Counted from the stretch's first letter, positions 1 through 10,688 are shown. The stretch is 64,000 bases of DNA from an uncultured Candidatus Saccharibacteria bacterium (GCA_965230955.1 OZ246404.1:33184-97183); one strand, 5' to 3'. Translations and numbers: made by a program. Notes: a model not told the origin generated them from the sequence alone.

Positions 1-1
1 C

Positions 2-841
2 AATTATCATACGCGCGGGGCGGATTCGGAGCGCGATGAAAAATTTGTCCGGCAATTGGTTGATAATTGTAGTAGCCTCCGGCCGGACGCACCTACTCTG
101 GTTGTGAAGAATGCCCATATCGATTGTCGGCATGGTAATTTTGAAGAACAAGCCAGGGATATTCGGTATAAATTTTTTGAATCACTGGCGGAGCGTTCTC
201 GAGCCAATAAAATTGCCGTGGCCCATACCGCTGATGACCAGATTGAGACCATGATTCAAAATATGCTCCGTGGTTCGGGTTTGCGCGGGGCGTCGGGTAT
301 GCCGGTGAAACGGGGCGCGATTGTCCGGCCGCTTTTGTCGGTGTCGCGCCCGGAAATTTTGCGCTGGTTGCGGAGGCAAAAACAATCCTATCGCACCGAT
401 CGTTCCAATCGCGATCTCAAATATAATCGTAACTGGATTCGTTGGCGCCTACTCCCCTATTTGCGCCGGCGGGACAAAAGTTTTGGCGCGCGTCTGCAGA
501 CAGCCGGAAAAACATTTGACCGGGCGGCGGGTTTTCTGGAAAAGCAATCGGAGCGGCAACTCCGTCGCTTAAAAATTTCCGAGAAAGACGGAGTAATCAG
601 ATATCAGCTGGCGCCGTTTTTGGCTCTGCCGGAGATTTTACAGGGGGAGATGATTCGCGAGTTGCTTGGGCGCAAGGATATTGGGCAACGACATGTTCAG
701 GAGGTACTGTCCGTGCTCCATGGAGCACGATCGGGTAAGCGGAAAGAGTTCAAGGGAAGGGTAATAATTAAGCGGCGCGGAGAATTCGTTTTTCGGGAAA
801 ACCGCAGTGATAACCAATCACCGATCAAAAATGGCAAATAA
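2..841 (+). CDS. tilS: tRNA(Ile)-lysidine synthetase, C-terminal part; the frame is open from base 2, so the 5' end lies upstream of the window
   Basis: AHTADDQIETMIQNMLRGSG... resembles the TilS substrate-binding region; no stop upstream in frame. Confidence 0.7.
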   Translation, partial: NYHTRGADSERDEKFVRQLVDNCSSLRPDAPTLVVKNAHIDCRHGNFEEQARDIRYKFFESLAERSRANKIAVAHTADDQIETMIQNMLRGSGLRGASGMPVKRGAIVRPLLSVSRPEILRWLRRQKQSYRTDRSNRDLKYNRNWIRWRLLPYLRRRDKSFGARLQTAGKTFDRAAGFLEKQSERQLRRLKISEKDGVIRYQLAPFLALPEILQGEMIRELLGRKDIGQRHVQEVLSVLHGARSGKRKEFKGRVIIKRRGEFVFRENRSDNQSPIKNGK

Positions 842-957
842 ACTGCAAACTTACTTGCGCCAGCAAGCTCCAAGTTAAAAACCACTTAAGAAATTGGGAT
901 TTGGTAATTCACTTGATGTCGGATCTTGAAAATTTGATATTTTTCCCATCTGTCCAC

Positions 958-985
958 TTGACAACTCTCCTTTTTCAAGTAGAAT
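958..985 (+). promoter_or_regulatory. sigma70-like promoter, TTGACA-16-TAGAAT, upstream of the ftsH leader
   Basis: consensus-like hexamers read directly in the sequence. Confidence 0.4.
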
Positions 986-991
986 TGTGAC

Positions 992-1072
992 ATTCCTCCT
1001 AAAGCCCTGCTCACGGGTCATTGCGGCCCCTCCTCCGCAATTGGCTGCAGTGGGCAGGGTCCTGGGAGGAAT
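992..1072 (+). ncRNA. structured leader element: about 22-bp outer stem (TTCCTCCTAAAGCCCTGCTCAC / GTGGGCAGGGTCCTGGGAGGAA) enclosing an ATTGCGG/CCGCAAT hairpin with CCCCUCCU loop
   Basis: complementarity seen directly; sits between the promoter and ftsH. Confidence 0.35.
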
Positions 1073-1074
1073 TT

Positions 1075-1162
1075 AAAAAGTCAAAAGTCAAAAGTCAAAA
1101 AGCGAAAGTTAATGCTTAAAAAGTAACTTTTTACTTTTGACCTTTGACTTTTGACTTTTTTC
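1075..1162. repeat. family F1 inverted repeat (AAAAGTCAAAAGTCAAAAG ... CTTTTGACTTTTGAC)
   Basis: arms are reverse complements; same family at 31357, 53683, 44286. Confidence 0.9.
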
Positions 1163-1220
1163 AGCTTTACTGCCACAATGCTAGGGACTATTTTAATTCT
1201 TAATTTTTGCTAATAGTCTT

Positions 1221-3182
1221 ATGTCCAACGGAGATTTACCCCCCAATCCCTCGCGCGGGAACGGCGCGCCGCAACGCAGTGGCGTGTTACGCAATGTCAT
1301 AATCGCCATTATCGTTTTTCTGGTAATTGCTGCGCTATTTACACTATTCAATGAGCCTCTGGCCGGGCAATCGGAAGAGGTTTCTTTCAGTACCGTAGTC
1401 AAAGAAATCAACGAAGACCGGGTGGAAAAGATTGATATCTCCCAAGATAAAGTTATCGTCAAAGTAAAAGATAACGACAAAACCCAGTTAGCGCTGAAGG
1501 AAACGGGCGTTTCGCTGACTGAGGCGCTCAAAGATGCCGGCGTGGCTCCGGAAAAACTCGAGACGGTCGATATTTCGATCAAAGATACTTCCGGCGGGGA
1601 ATTTTTCGTCAATGCCATTCTACCCTTCTTATTGCCGGTAATTCTTTTCATCGGCTTGATATGGTTTATGGTACGGTCGGTTCAGGGCGGAAACAACAAA
1701 GCCATGTCATTCGGCCAGTCGCGCGCTCGGCGCACCGATGGCCGCGACCGCCGCAAGCGGATTATGTTCAAAGATGTCGCCGGCGTGAAGGAAGCGAAAC
1801 AGGAATTGAAAGAAATAGTGGAATTTCTCAAAGAACCGGCCAAATTCGCCAAACTGGGAGCGAAAATCCCCCATGGCGTCTTGCTGATGGGGCCTCCGGG
1901 TACCGGCAAAACGTTACTGGCTCGAGCCGTGGCGGGTGAAGCCAACGTCCCCTTCTTCCATATTTCCGGATCGGAATTTGTCGAAATGTTTGTCGGTGTC
2001 GGGGCTTCTCGCGTTCGCGATTTATTCAAAAAAGCTAAGCGGGAATCGCCCTCGATTATTTTTATCGATGAAATTGACGCCGTCGGCCGCCAGCGCGGTG
2101 CCGGACTGGGCGGATCGCATGATGAACGCGAGCAGACACTGAATCAAATTCTGGTCGAGATGGACGGTTTTGATACCGACACCAATGTGATCGTGATGGC
2201 GGCGACTAACCGCCCCGATGTTCTTGATCCGGCGCTGTTGCGCCCGGGACGGTTTGATCGACGGGTCGTTTTAGACGAGCCGGATATCAATGATCGGGAA
2301 CAAATTCTGAAAATCCATGCCCGCCGGAAACCGCTTGCCCCGGAAGTTGAATTGCGCCAAATCGCCCAGCGTACGCCTGGATTTTCCGGCGCGGATCTGG
2401 AAAATGTCCTAAACGAAGCCGCGATTTTGGCGGCTCGGCGCAATGATAAGCAAGTCAATATGAATGATTGCCGCGAGGCGATTGAAAAAGTAATGCTTGG
2501 TCCGGAGCGCAAAAGTCACATTTTATCCAAACATGAAAAGAAGATAACTTCTTATCACGAAGCCGGGCACGCTTTGGTGTCCCATGTTTTACCGCACGCC
2601 GATCCGGTCCAAAAAGTTTCCGTGGTTTCTCGCGGTCGAGCGGCCGGCTATACCATGAATTTGCCTCTGGAAGACAAACATCTTCACTCCAAATTGGAAT
2701 TCGAAGATGATCTGGCTACCCTGCTGGCCGGCTACACCGCCGAACGTCTGGTTTTTACCGATTATACCAGCGGGGCTTCGAATGATTTGCAACGCGCGAC
2801 CAAGCTGGCGCGCAAGCTGGTAACGGAATTCGGTATGAGTGAAAATCTCGGCCCGGTGTCCTATGCCAACAAAGATGAGCTGATTTTCTTGGGACGCGAA
2901 TTCGGTGAAGCGCGCGAATACAGCGAAGAAATGGCCGCCAAGATTGACGCGGAAGTAAAAAAATTTATCGAGGTGGCGCAACAGCGCGCCAATAAGGTTT
3001 TGACGGAGCGGCGCGCGGATTTGGATAAAATCGCCAATGCTTTGATTGAAAAAGAAACGCTCGAGAAAGAAGACTTTGAAAAATTGGTCGGCGGATCGAA
3101 AATTCCGCGGGAGAAACAGCAATTGGCCAACGGCGAACAAAAAAAATCAAACTCGCCGGCCATCCCGACTTCTAAAAAGTAA
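1221..3182 (+). CDS. ftsH: ATP-dependent zinc metalloprotease FtsH
   Basis: N-terminal TM, Walker [12 protein letters not shown] second region of homology, HEAGHA zinc motif. Confidence 0.95.
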   Translation: MSNGDLPPNPSRGNGAPQRSGVLRNVIIAIIVFLVIAALFTLFNEPLAGQSEEVSFSTVVKEINEDRVEKIDISQDKVIVKVKDNDKTQLALKETGVSLTEALKDAGVAPEKLETVDISIKDTSGGEFFVNAILPFLLPVILFIGLIWFMVRSVQGGNNKAMSFGQSRARRTDGRDRRKRIMFKDVAGVKEAKQELKEIVEFLKEPAKFAKLGAKIPHGVLLMGPPGTGKTLLARAVAGEANVPFFHISGSEFVEMFVGVGASRVRDLFKKAKRESPSIIFIDEIDAVGRQRGAGLGGSHDEREQTLNQILVEMDGFDTDTNVIVMAATNRPDVLDPALLRPGRFDRRVVLDEPDINDREQILKIHARRKPLAPEVELRQIAQRTPGFSGADLENVLNEAAILAARRNDKQVNMNDCREAIEKVMLGPERKSHILSKHEKKITSYHEAGHALVSHVLPHADPVQKVSVVSRGRAAGYTMNLPLEDKHLHSKLEFEDDLATLLAGYTAERLVFTDYTSGASNDLQRATKLARKLVTEFGMSENLGPVSYANKDELIFLGREFGEAREYSEEMAAKIDAEVKKFIEVAQQRANKVLTERRADLDKIANALIEKETLEKEDFEKLVGGSKIPREKQQLANGEQKKSNSPAIPTSKK

Positions 3183-3185
3183 CTT

Positions 3186-3968
3186 ATGTTGCTTCAGGAT
3201 ATTACCCAACTCGGATTCAAAGAAAAAGAAGCCAAGGTCTACTTGGCTCTTTTTGAAATCGGCGAGGCGACCGCCCAGGCCATTGCCAGAAAAGCGTCCG
3301 TCAATCGACCGACCACTTATTTTTATCTTGACGAACTGAAAAAGAAAGGTTTGGCTAAAATAATTCGGCGCCAGAGCAAAACTTTGTTTTTTGCCGCTCC
3401 GCCGCAAGCGCTAAAAAAATATTTACAGCAACGGGCCCGCGCGGTCATCGATTTGCAGAAAAGGCTGAGAGAAGTGGCTCCCCAACTGGCGGATTTGTAC
3501 CAGCGCGCCGGCGTCAAACCGAAAATCAAGCTTTTTGAGGGACGCCAGGGTTTGCTCAGTATTTATGAGGATTTGGCCAAAGTCGATCCGGACAAAGACG
3601 GAGAAATATTCACTTTTACTTCGCGGCAATACGTGATCGATCAATTTCCGGAAACGGTTACGACGATGGAGGAACAGCGGGCCAAAAGGGGCGTTTGGGT
3701 GCGTTCCATTTACTCCCAATTGCCCGGCGAAAAATTGTTGTCCAGCGGCGAAGATAAAAAATACTTGCGAACATATGTTACGGTGCCGTCGGATAAGTTC
3801 CCCTTCTCGGGCAGTGTCCATATTTATCAAAACAAAGTGGCTTTTATCGCTTTGCGCCGCAAACTGGTCGGCGTCGTCATTGAAAACAGCAACGTCGCCA
3901 ATACTTATCGAACTATTTTCCGGCTGGCCTGGCAAGGCGCGCTGGCGTTACAAAAAAAACATGATTGA
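3186..3968 (+). CDS. TrmB-family HTH transcriptional regulator
   Basis: N-terminus LGFKEKEAKVYLALFEIGEATAQAIARKASVNRPTTYFYLDELKKKGL matches the TrmB HTH pattern. Confidence 0.7.
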   Translation: MLLQDITQLGFKEKEAKVYLALFEIGEATAQAIARKASVNRPTTYFYLDELKKKGLAKIIRRQSKTLFFAAPPQALKKYLQQRARAVIDLQKRLREVAPQLADLYQRAGVKPKIKLFEGRQGLLSIYEDLAKVDPDKDGEIFTFTSRQYVIDQFPETVTTMEEQRAKRGVWVRSIYSQLPGEKLLSSGEDKKYLRTYVTVPSDKFPFSGSVHIYQNKVAFIALRRKLVGVVIENSNVANTYRTIFRLAWQGALALQKKHD

Positions 3969-4695
3969 ACTTTTGCGACAATTGGGATTTTCCGACAAAG
4001 AAGCCAAAGTGTATTTGGCCGGTTTGGAATTAGGCGCCAGTTCGGTGCAAAAAATAGCTCTGCGCGCCGGCGTCAATCGCGCCACGACGCACGTGATTTT
4101 ACAGTCTTTTATCAAGCGTGGTTTGGTGACGGTCTTTGAATCCCGAGGGCGTAATTTTTTCGCCGTAGAGGATCCGAGTTTGCTGCAGAAATTGATTCAT
4201 TTGAAAACCGAAGAAGAACACGATCGCCTGGGACGGCTGTCTCGCATCTGGCCGGAATTTTCCGTTTTGTATGCTCTGGCCGAAGATAAGCCCCGCGTGC
4301 GATTTTTCGAGGGTCGGGAGGAAGTGCTGAAGGCCGCTGATTTCATTTTTCAGGCCCAGGAAAAAGTTTTGCGCAACATTTATAATGTGGATGATTTATA
4401 CCGGGTTTTTCCGAAATATCGCCGTCGCCAAACCAGCCATGAAGTCCGGACGATTTATAATCGTGCGGCCGGCCCGCGTACGGCTGAAGAAGACCGTAGG
4501 ATCAATCGTATTTCCAGCTATGTTCCGGAAGATGGATATCCGATTGCCAGCGATATCGATATTTATGATGATAAAATCCATATAACTTCTTTGCGTCAGG
4601 ATTTGATGGCTTTCTTCGTGCAAAACAAAGAGATCGCTGAGACGCAAAAATCTATTTTCGATCTGGCGAAGCTCGGAGCCGAAAATATAAAATAA
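3961..4695 (+). CDS. TrmB-family HTH transcriptional regulator, tandem paralog; start chosen at internal ATG overlapping the upstream stop
   Basis: MIELLRQLGFSDKEAKVYLAGLELGASSVQKIALRAGVNRATTHVILQSFIKRGLV; the ORF-track start at 3775 is an antisense-free extension. Confidence 0.65.
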   Translation: MIELLRQLGFSDKEAKVYLAGLELGASSVQKIALRAGVNRATTHVILQSFIKRGLVTVFESRGRNFFAVEDPSLLQKLIHLKTEEEHDRLGRLSRIWPEFSVLYALAEDKPRVRFFEGREEVLKAADFIFQAQEKVLRNIYNVDDLYRVFPKYRRRQTSHEVRTIYNRAAGPRTAEEDRRINRISSYVPEDGYPIASDIDIYDDKIHITSLRQDLMAFFVQNKEIAETQKSIFDLAKLGAENIK

Positions 4696-4728
4696 AAACA
4701 GCCGGCCGATCAGCGGGCTGTTTTTTTA
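4696..4728 (+). terminator. intrinsic terminator (CAGCC..GGCTG then T7)
   Basis: hairpin followed by a T-run. Confidence 0.6.
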
Positions 4729-4742
4729 TCGGTGAAAAATTT

Positions 4743-5009
4743 TTAAAACGGATCACGTGTGATAACGGGCGGCGTGAGAAAATTTTCCGCTCGCTTATCT
4801 TCGGTGGCGATGACTTTTTTCCAGAGGCTTTCTTTGACGGCGATATCTCCGGCGGTGATCACTTCTTCTTTTTTTTCTATTTTCTGTGTCGTGTCGTAAT
4901 AAAACCAGAAACACCAGGCGGCGGCCGCGCAGAAGCCCAAAAACACCGACCATTCGATAAGCTTGGGCGTGTTTTTACTCCAATCGGGATTAGACAGAGT
5001 CAGTTTCAT
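4743..5009 (-). CDS. small single-TM protein at the distal end of the pilMNO operon (PilP-like position)
   Basis: position only; hydrophobic segment FLGFCAAAAWCFWFYY. Confidence 0.35.
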   Translation of the reverse strand: MKLTLSNPDWSKNTPKLIEWSVFLGFCAAAAWCFWFYYDTTQKIEKKEEVITAGDIAVKESLWKKVIATEDKRAENFLTPPVITRDPF

Positions 5010-5010
5010 T

Positions 5011-5634
5011 TCAGTTATATAAAGGGATAGTTAATGACATTGTCGCGGTTGGGAGATTGGTATTGACCGCTGTTTTAACGTCGGCCGGTGCAGTATTTGA
5101 CGCGCCTATGCCATGAAAAGCCAGGTCGGTGACATTAATTACCGAGGGAAGATTCTCCACTTTTTTCAACATAGTCAGCAAATTAGGCCAGGCGCCGGAC
5201 AGTACCAGCTGTAATTTAATTTCTTTGGTCGGGGTTTCTATCTTTTGAGCCGAGTTTTTTTGGTCGGGGGTGGCGGTCGATGCCGGGGTGGTTTTTTTGT
5301 CATCTTGTCCCTGGACGGAGAGCTGAGCGCTGACCCCGGTATCACTGGCGATACGCTCCAAGTTTTCGATCAAGGTAATGACCGTGCCGTCGGTTACCGC
5401 GGCTTTTTTCAGGCGATCGGCACTTTCTTGGTACTGGTCAAAAGTTTTTTGTTGCTGGCCGACTGTTGATTTTTTTTGCAGGGTATCAATTTCCGATCGC
5501 TCGCGCTGTATCGTCGCGATTTGACCGGTGATCTGCTGAATGCGCGGGAGAATCCACAAAAACAGCGCGGCGGCGATAATCGCCCCGGTGACTACGGCAC
5601 TGATCCAGAGATTTTTTGCTTTATTTAGAGGCAT
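5011..5634 (-). CDS. pilO: type IV pilus assembly protein PilO-like
   Basis: N-terminal TM, coiled-coil, gene order pilM-pilN-pilO. Confidence 0.55.
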   Translation of the reverse strand: MPLNKAKNLWISAVVTGAIIAAALFLWILPRIQQITGQIATIQRERSEIDTLQKKSTVGQQQKTFDQYQESADRLKKAAVTDGTVITLIENLERIASDTGVSAQLSVQGQDDKKTTPASTATPDQKNSAQKIETPTKEIKLQLVLSGAWPNLLTMLKKVENLPSVINVTDLAFHGIGASNTAPADVKTAVNTNLPTATMSLTIPLYN

Positions 5635-6190
5635 TGCGGTATGGGAAAAGAGAATTATTCTTTAGCTTGATGGTGATAACGAAAGGGATGTTTTCTTTAA
5701 CGACGATGTTGGAAAGCGGTGAATCAACCGATTCGATCAGGGGTTCAGCCTTGAGTGACTCAATGGTCTGAATTAAAACATCGCGGGTCGCGGCCACGCC
5801 CTTGATCTCGATTTTTGCTTCCTTCATTGATCCGGTGGCTTCAGTCCAGGTCACTCCGGCGGGGGAAAGCGACACTAATTTTTCCAAAACCGGAGTCCAG
5901 GCCGGTTGGTTGTTGAAAGCCCCGTCAAAAAATGTCAGTAATTTATTTAACTCTTCCATCTTGGCATTGACCTGGCCGGTGGCGCTGTCGCGTTGCTGGC
6001 TTTTCAGCGTGGCCAATTGCTGATCCAGAATATCTTTATTGAGGGTGACGATTTGTTGCATGCCCCAAACAAATCCGCTGACAATCAGAACGGCTAAAAT
6101 TGCCAGGCTGGCGCCAATAGTCGCCAGTCGGATGCTTTTCTCCGTTTGGAGATATTTTTTTTCGCTGGCGGGAAGAAGATTGGTTTCCAT
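5621..6190 (-). CDS. pilN: type IV pilus assembly protein PilN-like
   Basis: N-terminal TM plus periplasmic domain, directly downstream of pilM. Confidence 0.6.
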   Translation of the reverse strand: METNLLPASEKKYLQTEKSIRLATIGASLAILAVLIVSGFVWGMQQIVTLNKDILDQQLATLKSQQRDSATGQVNAKMEELNKLLTFFDGAFNNQPAWTPVLEKLVSLSPAGVTWTEATGSMKEAKIEIKGVAATRDVLIQTIESLKAEPLIESVDSPLSNIVVKENIPFVITIKLKNNSLFPYRNASK

Positions 6191-6192
6191 GG

Positions 6193-7308
6193 CTAGATAT
6201 TGAAATTTAAACCGCGCAGAGCCAGACCGATCACCGCGGTGAAACTGAGCGAATCAGAGCTGGAAATGGGCGGTAATTCCCGACTCCCCTGGGGGTAGAT
6301 ATTGGCCCAAGGATTGGCGAGACGGGTCGGCAGATCGATATTTCTGGTAAACCAGTCGACCAGTCCCTGTAAACGAGCGGTGCCGCCGCTGAGCAGGATC
6401 AGATCGACTTGTTTATCGGGTAGAGCCGAGTGTTCTTGGTAATAACTGATCGTATTTTGTATTTCGACGACGATATCATGCAGGGCGTCTTCAATCGCTG
6501 CCTTTATTTCCGGGGTTTGCTTGTCGGATGTGAGTCCGTAAGTGATTTTTGCTTTTTCCGCTCCGCTGAAATCCAGTCCGGTTTTGTCCATGATTTTCTG
6601 GGAAATAGTCAGTCCGGCCAGAGAAATGCTGGAAGTAAAATTTATCACGTTGTTGTTGACGATGGTCAGTCCGGTCCGATTGGTGCCGATATCGACCAGC
6701 AGGACCGTTTGTTTATGCAACTCGGGAGAAATACAGCTCCGGGCAATCGCAATCGATTCACTTTCCAGTGCGACCGGTTGGAGTTTCGTCATTTTTAGTA
6801 CTTGAACTATCGGATTGATGACATCTTTCGGCGCGGCGGTCATAAATACTTTCCAGCCGTGCTCGCGAGCGGCCGTTTTTTTCCCGAAAAAAGATAATTT
6901 TCCCGGGGCGTCGGGAGGATTGAGAGTTTGCCAGTCCATTTCAACCTGATCGATCGATAGTGGAATATGTTGTTCGGCTTCCCATTTGACCGCGGCCGGC
7001 AATTCCGTCTCTTTCATCGGGGGCAAGTCAAATAAACGTATAAAAGATTTTGATTCCGGCAAGGAGGCGACTACATGAGCATTGTTAAAACCATGCGGTT
7101 TGGCGTTATCGATTACGTGACGAATAATACCGCTGAGCTTGGCTGGTTCTTTGATTTCATCTTTAGTCACCAGTCCTCGGGGAAAAATTTCAGCGTTAAA
7201 GGCCAGAGGACGGATAATCTTGCCCTGCTGTTGGAGTAGCATGATTTTTACCGAAGAATCACTGATGTCCAGTCCGAAACAATGAATTTTCTGTGAGCCG
7301 AATGACAT
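6193..7308 (-). CDS. pilM: type IV pilus assembly ATPase-fold protein PilM
   Basis: actin-like PilM pattern (GLDISDSSVKIMLL, DIGTNRTGLTIV). Confidence 0.8.
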   Translation of the reverse strand: MSFGSQKIHCFGLDISDSSVKIMLLQQQGKIIRPLAFNAEIFPRGLVTKDEIKEPAKLSGIIRHVIDNAKPHGFNNAHVVASLPESKSFIRLFDLPPMKETELPAAVKWEAEQHIPLSIDQVEMDWQTLNPPDAPGKLSFFGKKTAAREHGWKVFMTAAPKDVINPIVQVLKMTKLQPVALESESIAIARSCISPELHKQTVLLVDIGTNRTGLTIVNNNVINFTSSISLAGLTISQKIMDKTGLDFSGAEKAKITYGLTSDKQTPEIKAAIEDALHDIVVEIQNTISYYQEHSALPDKQVDLILLSGGTARLQGLVDWFTRNIDLPTRLANPWANIYPQGSRELPPISSSDSLSFTAVIGLALRGLNFNI

Positions 7309-7311
7309 AAA

Positions 7312-7402
7312 TAGATAAAGATATAAGATGTAAGAATTAAGATATAAGAGGTAAGAAAAATAAAATCACCAATCTTACATTTTAAATCTTATATCTTAAG
7401 TC
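7312..7402. repeat. inverted repeat of AAGATATAAGA-type units (variant of family F2)
   Basis: GATATAAGATGTAAGAATTAAGATATAAGAGGTAAGA ... TCTTACATTTTAAATCTTATATCTTAAGTCTTA. Confidence 0.8.
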
Positions 7403-7406
7403 TTAG

Positions 7407-8747
7407 TTATAGTTCTCGCCAATCGATCATTTGATAAGTGCCCAGTGTCGGCCAGTGCGGAGGCGGTCCGTAGGTCAGCGAGGCGTCAAAATGGTAGTAG
7501 GTATTTGCATATCCGGAAACTACCCAGTCGTTCCATACTTTTTTGAAATACCCGACTTCGTTGTAGATTAGTCCGCCGTAAATATGAAGGCTGTTTTTGA
7601 TAATGTTGTTGTTGGTATCGCGGTAAATTTTTCCGTTTTGGGCGAACATGGTCGCGTAAATCACTGTATCAGTTGGCAGCCATCGTCCGACTTCAATATC
7701 ATTTTGAGCGATGATGCCCAGGGCGTCTTGGCCCATTCCGCGGGCGTAAGTGATATTGTTGTTGATGACTATGTTGGCGTTGCCGGTTTCCACCGGAAAA
7801 TCAGCGGCGGCTATCGTCAGTCTACCATTTAGAACGCCGTCGATCCAGACATTGTCTTCCACAAAAAGCACGCCGTTGGCCGGGATAGGGATGGTAGACG
7901 GATTATAATCTTCTTCCTGGTTGATTCCGTTTTGGGAAGCCGTGCGGACTCGCCTGATCCGGATAGTGCCGTTGCTTTGCAGAGTCAGGTGATAACCCTG
8001 TCGTCCCGATGGCGGAAGATAATATCCCCCTTGAGCCGGCTGGCTCAAGGTTTTTAGTTCGTTAAAATTAGAGAGATAATTGGCAAAAACGATCTCCCCC
8101 ACTCCCATGCGCCACAAATCGGTTGGTCCGCCTGTTCCCCAGACGCCGTCTTTTTCCGCCGGTGGCTGGCAGCCATGGATGGGTTGGCACCAATAACGAT
8201 CACGGGCGCTTTGCACTAGGCCTTCACTTAGGCCGTCAAAACGAATTCCGCCATTGGAGTGGATGTTGCCGTAGGTATGTGAATTAGAGGCAAAGGCCAT
8301 GTTGCTGTTGCACAAGAAAAGAAAATTTGCCAATGAAGGAATTCCCAATTGAGCTTCAATTGTTCGGCGGTAGCCGGGGGCGGAGTCCAGGTAGCCCTCG
8401 GAACGAATCGTCGCGATGGTCGAACCGGTTACCGGCTCGTCAATATAAATATCATAGTGTCCGATGACGTCACCGGCCGGGTCACGGTATTCGTGGTTGT
8501 ATGGGCCATGGGTTGGGGCGGAGGGACAAGGAGTATTGCCGTCGCAATAATCATTGGGATTATGAGTAAAGAGCCATTGATAATGATTGATACCGCTTTC
8601 CGCAATCTCAAAGGCCCGTTCCCGGTCTTGTTCCGCCACCGATGATTTGTTTAGCACCGTCACATATTGTAGTAAGCCGACAACAATGATCAAAAATATT
8701 CCGGTGAAAACAATAGCCAGAATAAGGATTGAACCTTTTTGTTTCAT
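7407..8747 (-). CDS. large pilus-associated protein with N-terminal signal-anchor (divergent minor-pilin/PilX-like)
   Basis: MKQKGSILILAIVFTGIFLII hydrophobic N-terminus without Glu5; location between the pseudopilins and pilM. Confidence 0.45.
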   Translation of the reverse strand: MKQKGSILILAIVFTGIFLIIVVGLLQYVTVLNKSSVAEQDRERAFEIAESGINHYQWLFTHNPNDYCDGNTPCPSAPTHGPYNHEYRDPAGDVIGHYDIYIDEPVTGSTIATIRSEGYLDSAPGYRRTIEAQLGIPSLANFLFLCNSNMAFASNSHTYGNIHSNGGIRFDGLSEGLVQSARDRYWCQPIHGCQPPAEKDGVWGTGGPTDLWRMGVGEIVFANYLSNFNELKTLSQPAQGGYYLPPSGRQGYHLTLQSNGTIRIRRVRTASQNGINQEEDYNPSTIPIPANGVLFVEDNVWIDGVLNGRLTIAAADFPVETGNANIVINNNITYARGMGQDALGIIAQNDIEVGRWLPTDTVIYATMFAQNGKIYRDTNNNIIKNSLHIYGGLIYNEVGYFKKVWNDWVVSGYANTYYHFDASLTYGPPPHWPTLGTYQMIDWREL

Positions 8748-8751
8748 ATGA

Positions 8752-9348
8752 TTAAAGATTTCTCAAATGCACAATTGTATCGATAACATATCGGCCGGCG
8801 TCTGTTCCGGGGGTGGAATCAACCGCCAGATGGATTCCGATTAATCTGATATTTGGTTCCAGAATCGGATTCATCGGGGCTTGGGTGCCGGTGTAACCGG
8901 CATCGTAGTACAAAAATATCGGTTCTGCGCCGTTGGCGACGTGCGTCGTGATCACCTGAACTGTTTCCGCAGCAGCGGGATAGATTTCACTGCCGGACTG
9001 GGGTTCAATGATTCCTTTATTGAACGTGGTGCCGATCAAGAAATAGCGAAGACGTTCAGTCCGACCGTCAAAATCATAGTCGGTGTAAATTGTCAGTGCT
9101 TGATTTTGGGCGTCGGCGATGGCGAAGGCGCCGTTTTCTCCCTGGACGACTCCGCGTAATTCTCGTTTCATTTTGTCTACGGCGCGCTGAGCTTCGCCAT
9201 AACTTTCTCCTTCGGTCAGGGTATAACCTTGAAACCGGTAATTATCAAGGATAAAAGTGGTCAGAGCGCCGGAAACAATCGCGATGATACTTATGACCAC
9301 CAGCAATTCAATTAAAGTCATTCCGCGTTGTGAACCGGTTTTAAACAT
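8752..9348 (-). CDS. prepilin-type N-terminal cleavage/methylation domain protein (pilin)
   Basis: QRGMTLIELLVVISIIAIVSG class III signal (G|MTLIEL). Confidence 0.8.
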   Translation of the reverse strand: MFKTGSQRGMTLIELLVVISIIAIVSGALTTFILDNYRFQGYTLTEGESYGEAQRAVDKMKRELRGVVQGENGAFAIADAQNQALTIYTDYDFDGRTERLRYFLIGTTFNKGIIEPQSGSEIYPAAAETVQVITTHVANGAEPIFLYYDAGYTGTQAPMNPILEPNIRLIGIHLAVDSTPGTDAGRYVIDTIVHLRNL

Positions 9349-10688
9349 TAGGGTAATGCTAAATAAATTTCCGGCTGTTCTTGTCCGATTACCTCAATGG
9401 TATCCGTCAGTGTCGTGAAGCCGGGTTTGGTGATGGTGTAGGTATAAGTGCCCGGCGTCAAATCGCGGAAAAAAGCTTGGCCGAAATTGGTGGTGATCCT
9501 GTTTTCATCGTAGCCCCCACCGTTTTTTACCAAATGGATGTCGGCGTCGGCAATTATTTCTCTCGATTCGCTTCGAACAGTGAAAAGAATATTATAGGGA
9601 GTATATGCATCCAGATAGATGTTCAGATCCGTGGTTGTGGCGGGATTGATAGTCAGAGCGGTGACCGGATCGGGATTGGGCGCGGAATGATCAAAACCGG
9701 CGACGGAATATAGCGTCAGCGCCGGGCCGGTGAGCACGATTCGATAAACATCCCACTCCATGGCATTCAGTGCCAAGAAACCATCACTGTTAGTCGGGTG
9801 CATTTGGTCATATTTGTAGACCGGATTGCCGTCGGCGTCATCGCCTAATTTTTTTCTGATACCGGTGATTTTCAAGGGTACATCGGTTGCCGGCTGATTA
9901 TCGATCGCGTGTTTGGTATTTATGTTCAGAATGCTGGTTTGGTCGATAAAAAGCGTGACTTGGGTTAGTGCTCCATCCAGGATCGATACGTCTGGATTGT
10001 CCGGATCGGGTATGGCGAGCGAAGCCGGTACGGTATAATCAGTGCTGAGACCGGTTTTACTGGCCGAAACATGGTAGTTGTTGGTGCTGGGATCGAGCAT
10101 TGGTTCCACCAGTTCGCCATCACTGTTGGTAAACCCTTCAATGTTCACGGCCGGGTCGGATCGGGTAATGGTCACCCGGGCGTTGCTGACTGGCTGGGTG
10201 TTGGCATCCTGTACGAAAATTTGCATAACGCCGGTGCCGGCTCCGGTTTCGACCGTGGTCGAAGAAAAATCACTGATGAGGACAGCCGGCCGCGGACAGC
10301 TCAGGCCTTCCCAGCAAACTTCGATCCGAGCCCTTTTGTAATCAGCGCTGTATAAATCAGTGGGAAAAACCCCGTCGTAAGGATCGTCAATGTAAGAAAT
10401 ATAAGTCTGAATATTGTAAGTTATATTGTCGACTGTCTGATTCTGCTCGGCCGGCAGATTGCCGGCGGGATTACCATTGAGCGTGCCCAAATTGGCATAA
10501 GGAAGGTTGCGCAGAAGTTCGAGTTGTTCATTGGCGAGATTGGTGGCCACGGTATTGCGCCGGTTTATTTCGCTGACGTCGATCACCACATTGATGGAAA
10601 AGTAAAAAGCCGTGGCAATAATGCCGAAAACCAAGACTCCAACCAGCGCTTCGATCAGGGTAAATCCGCTCTGTTTAGATGTATTCAT
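9348..10688 (-). CDS. large prepilin-type pilin-like protein
   Basis: KQSGFTLIEALVGVLVFGIIA class III signal (G|FTLIE). Confidence 0.8.
   Translation of the reverse strand: MNTSKQSGFTLIEALVGVLVFGIIATAFYFSINVVIDVSEINRRNTVATNLANEQLELLRNLPYANLGTLNGNPAGNLPAEQNQTVDNITYNIQTYISYIDDPYDGVFPTDLYSADYKRARIEVCWEGLSCPRPAVLISDFSSTTVETGAGTGVMQIFVQDANTQPVSNARVTITRSDPAVNIEGFTNSDGELVEPMLDPSTNNYHVSASKTGLSTDYTVPASLAIPDPDNPDVSILDGALTQVTLFIDQTSILNINTKHAIDNQPATDVPLKITGIRKKLGDDADGNPVYKYDQMHPTNSDGFLALNAMEWDVYRIVLTGPALTLYSVAGFDHSAPNPDPVTALTINPATTTDLNIYLDAYTPYNILFTVRSESREIIADADIHLVKNGGGYDENRITTNFGQAFFRDLTPGTYTYTITKPGFTTLTDTIEVIGQEQPEIYLALP

Noticed and set aside
3775-3960. N-terminal extension of the second TrmB-like ORF
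   Set aside because: The extension overlaps the first TrmB paralog in another frame. The conserved HTH N-terminus begins at the internal ATG at 3961.
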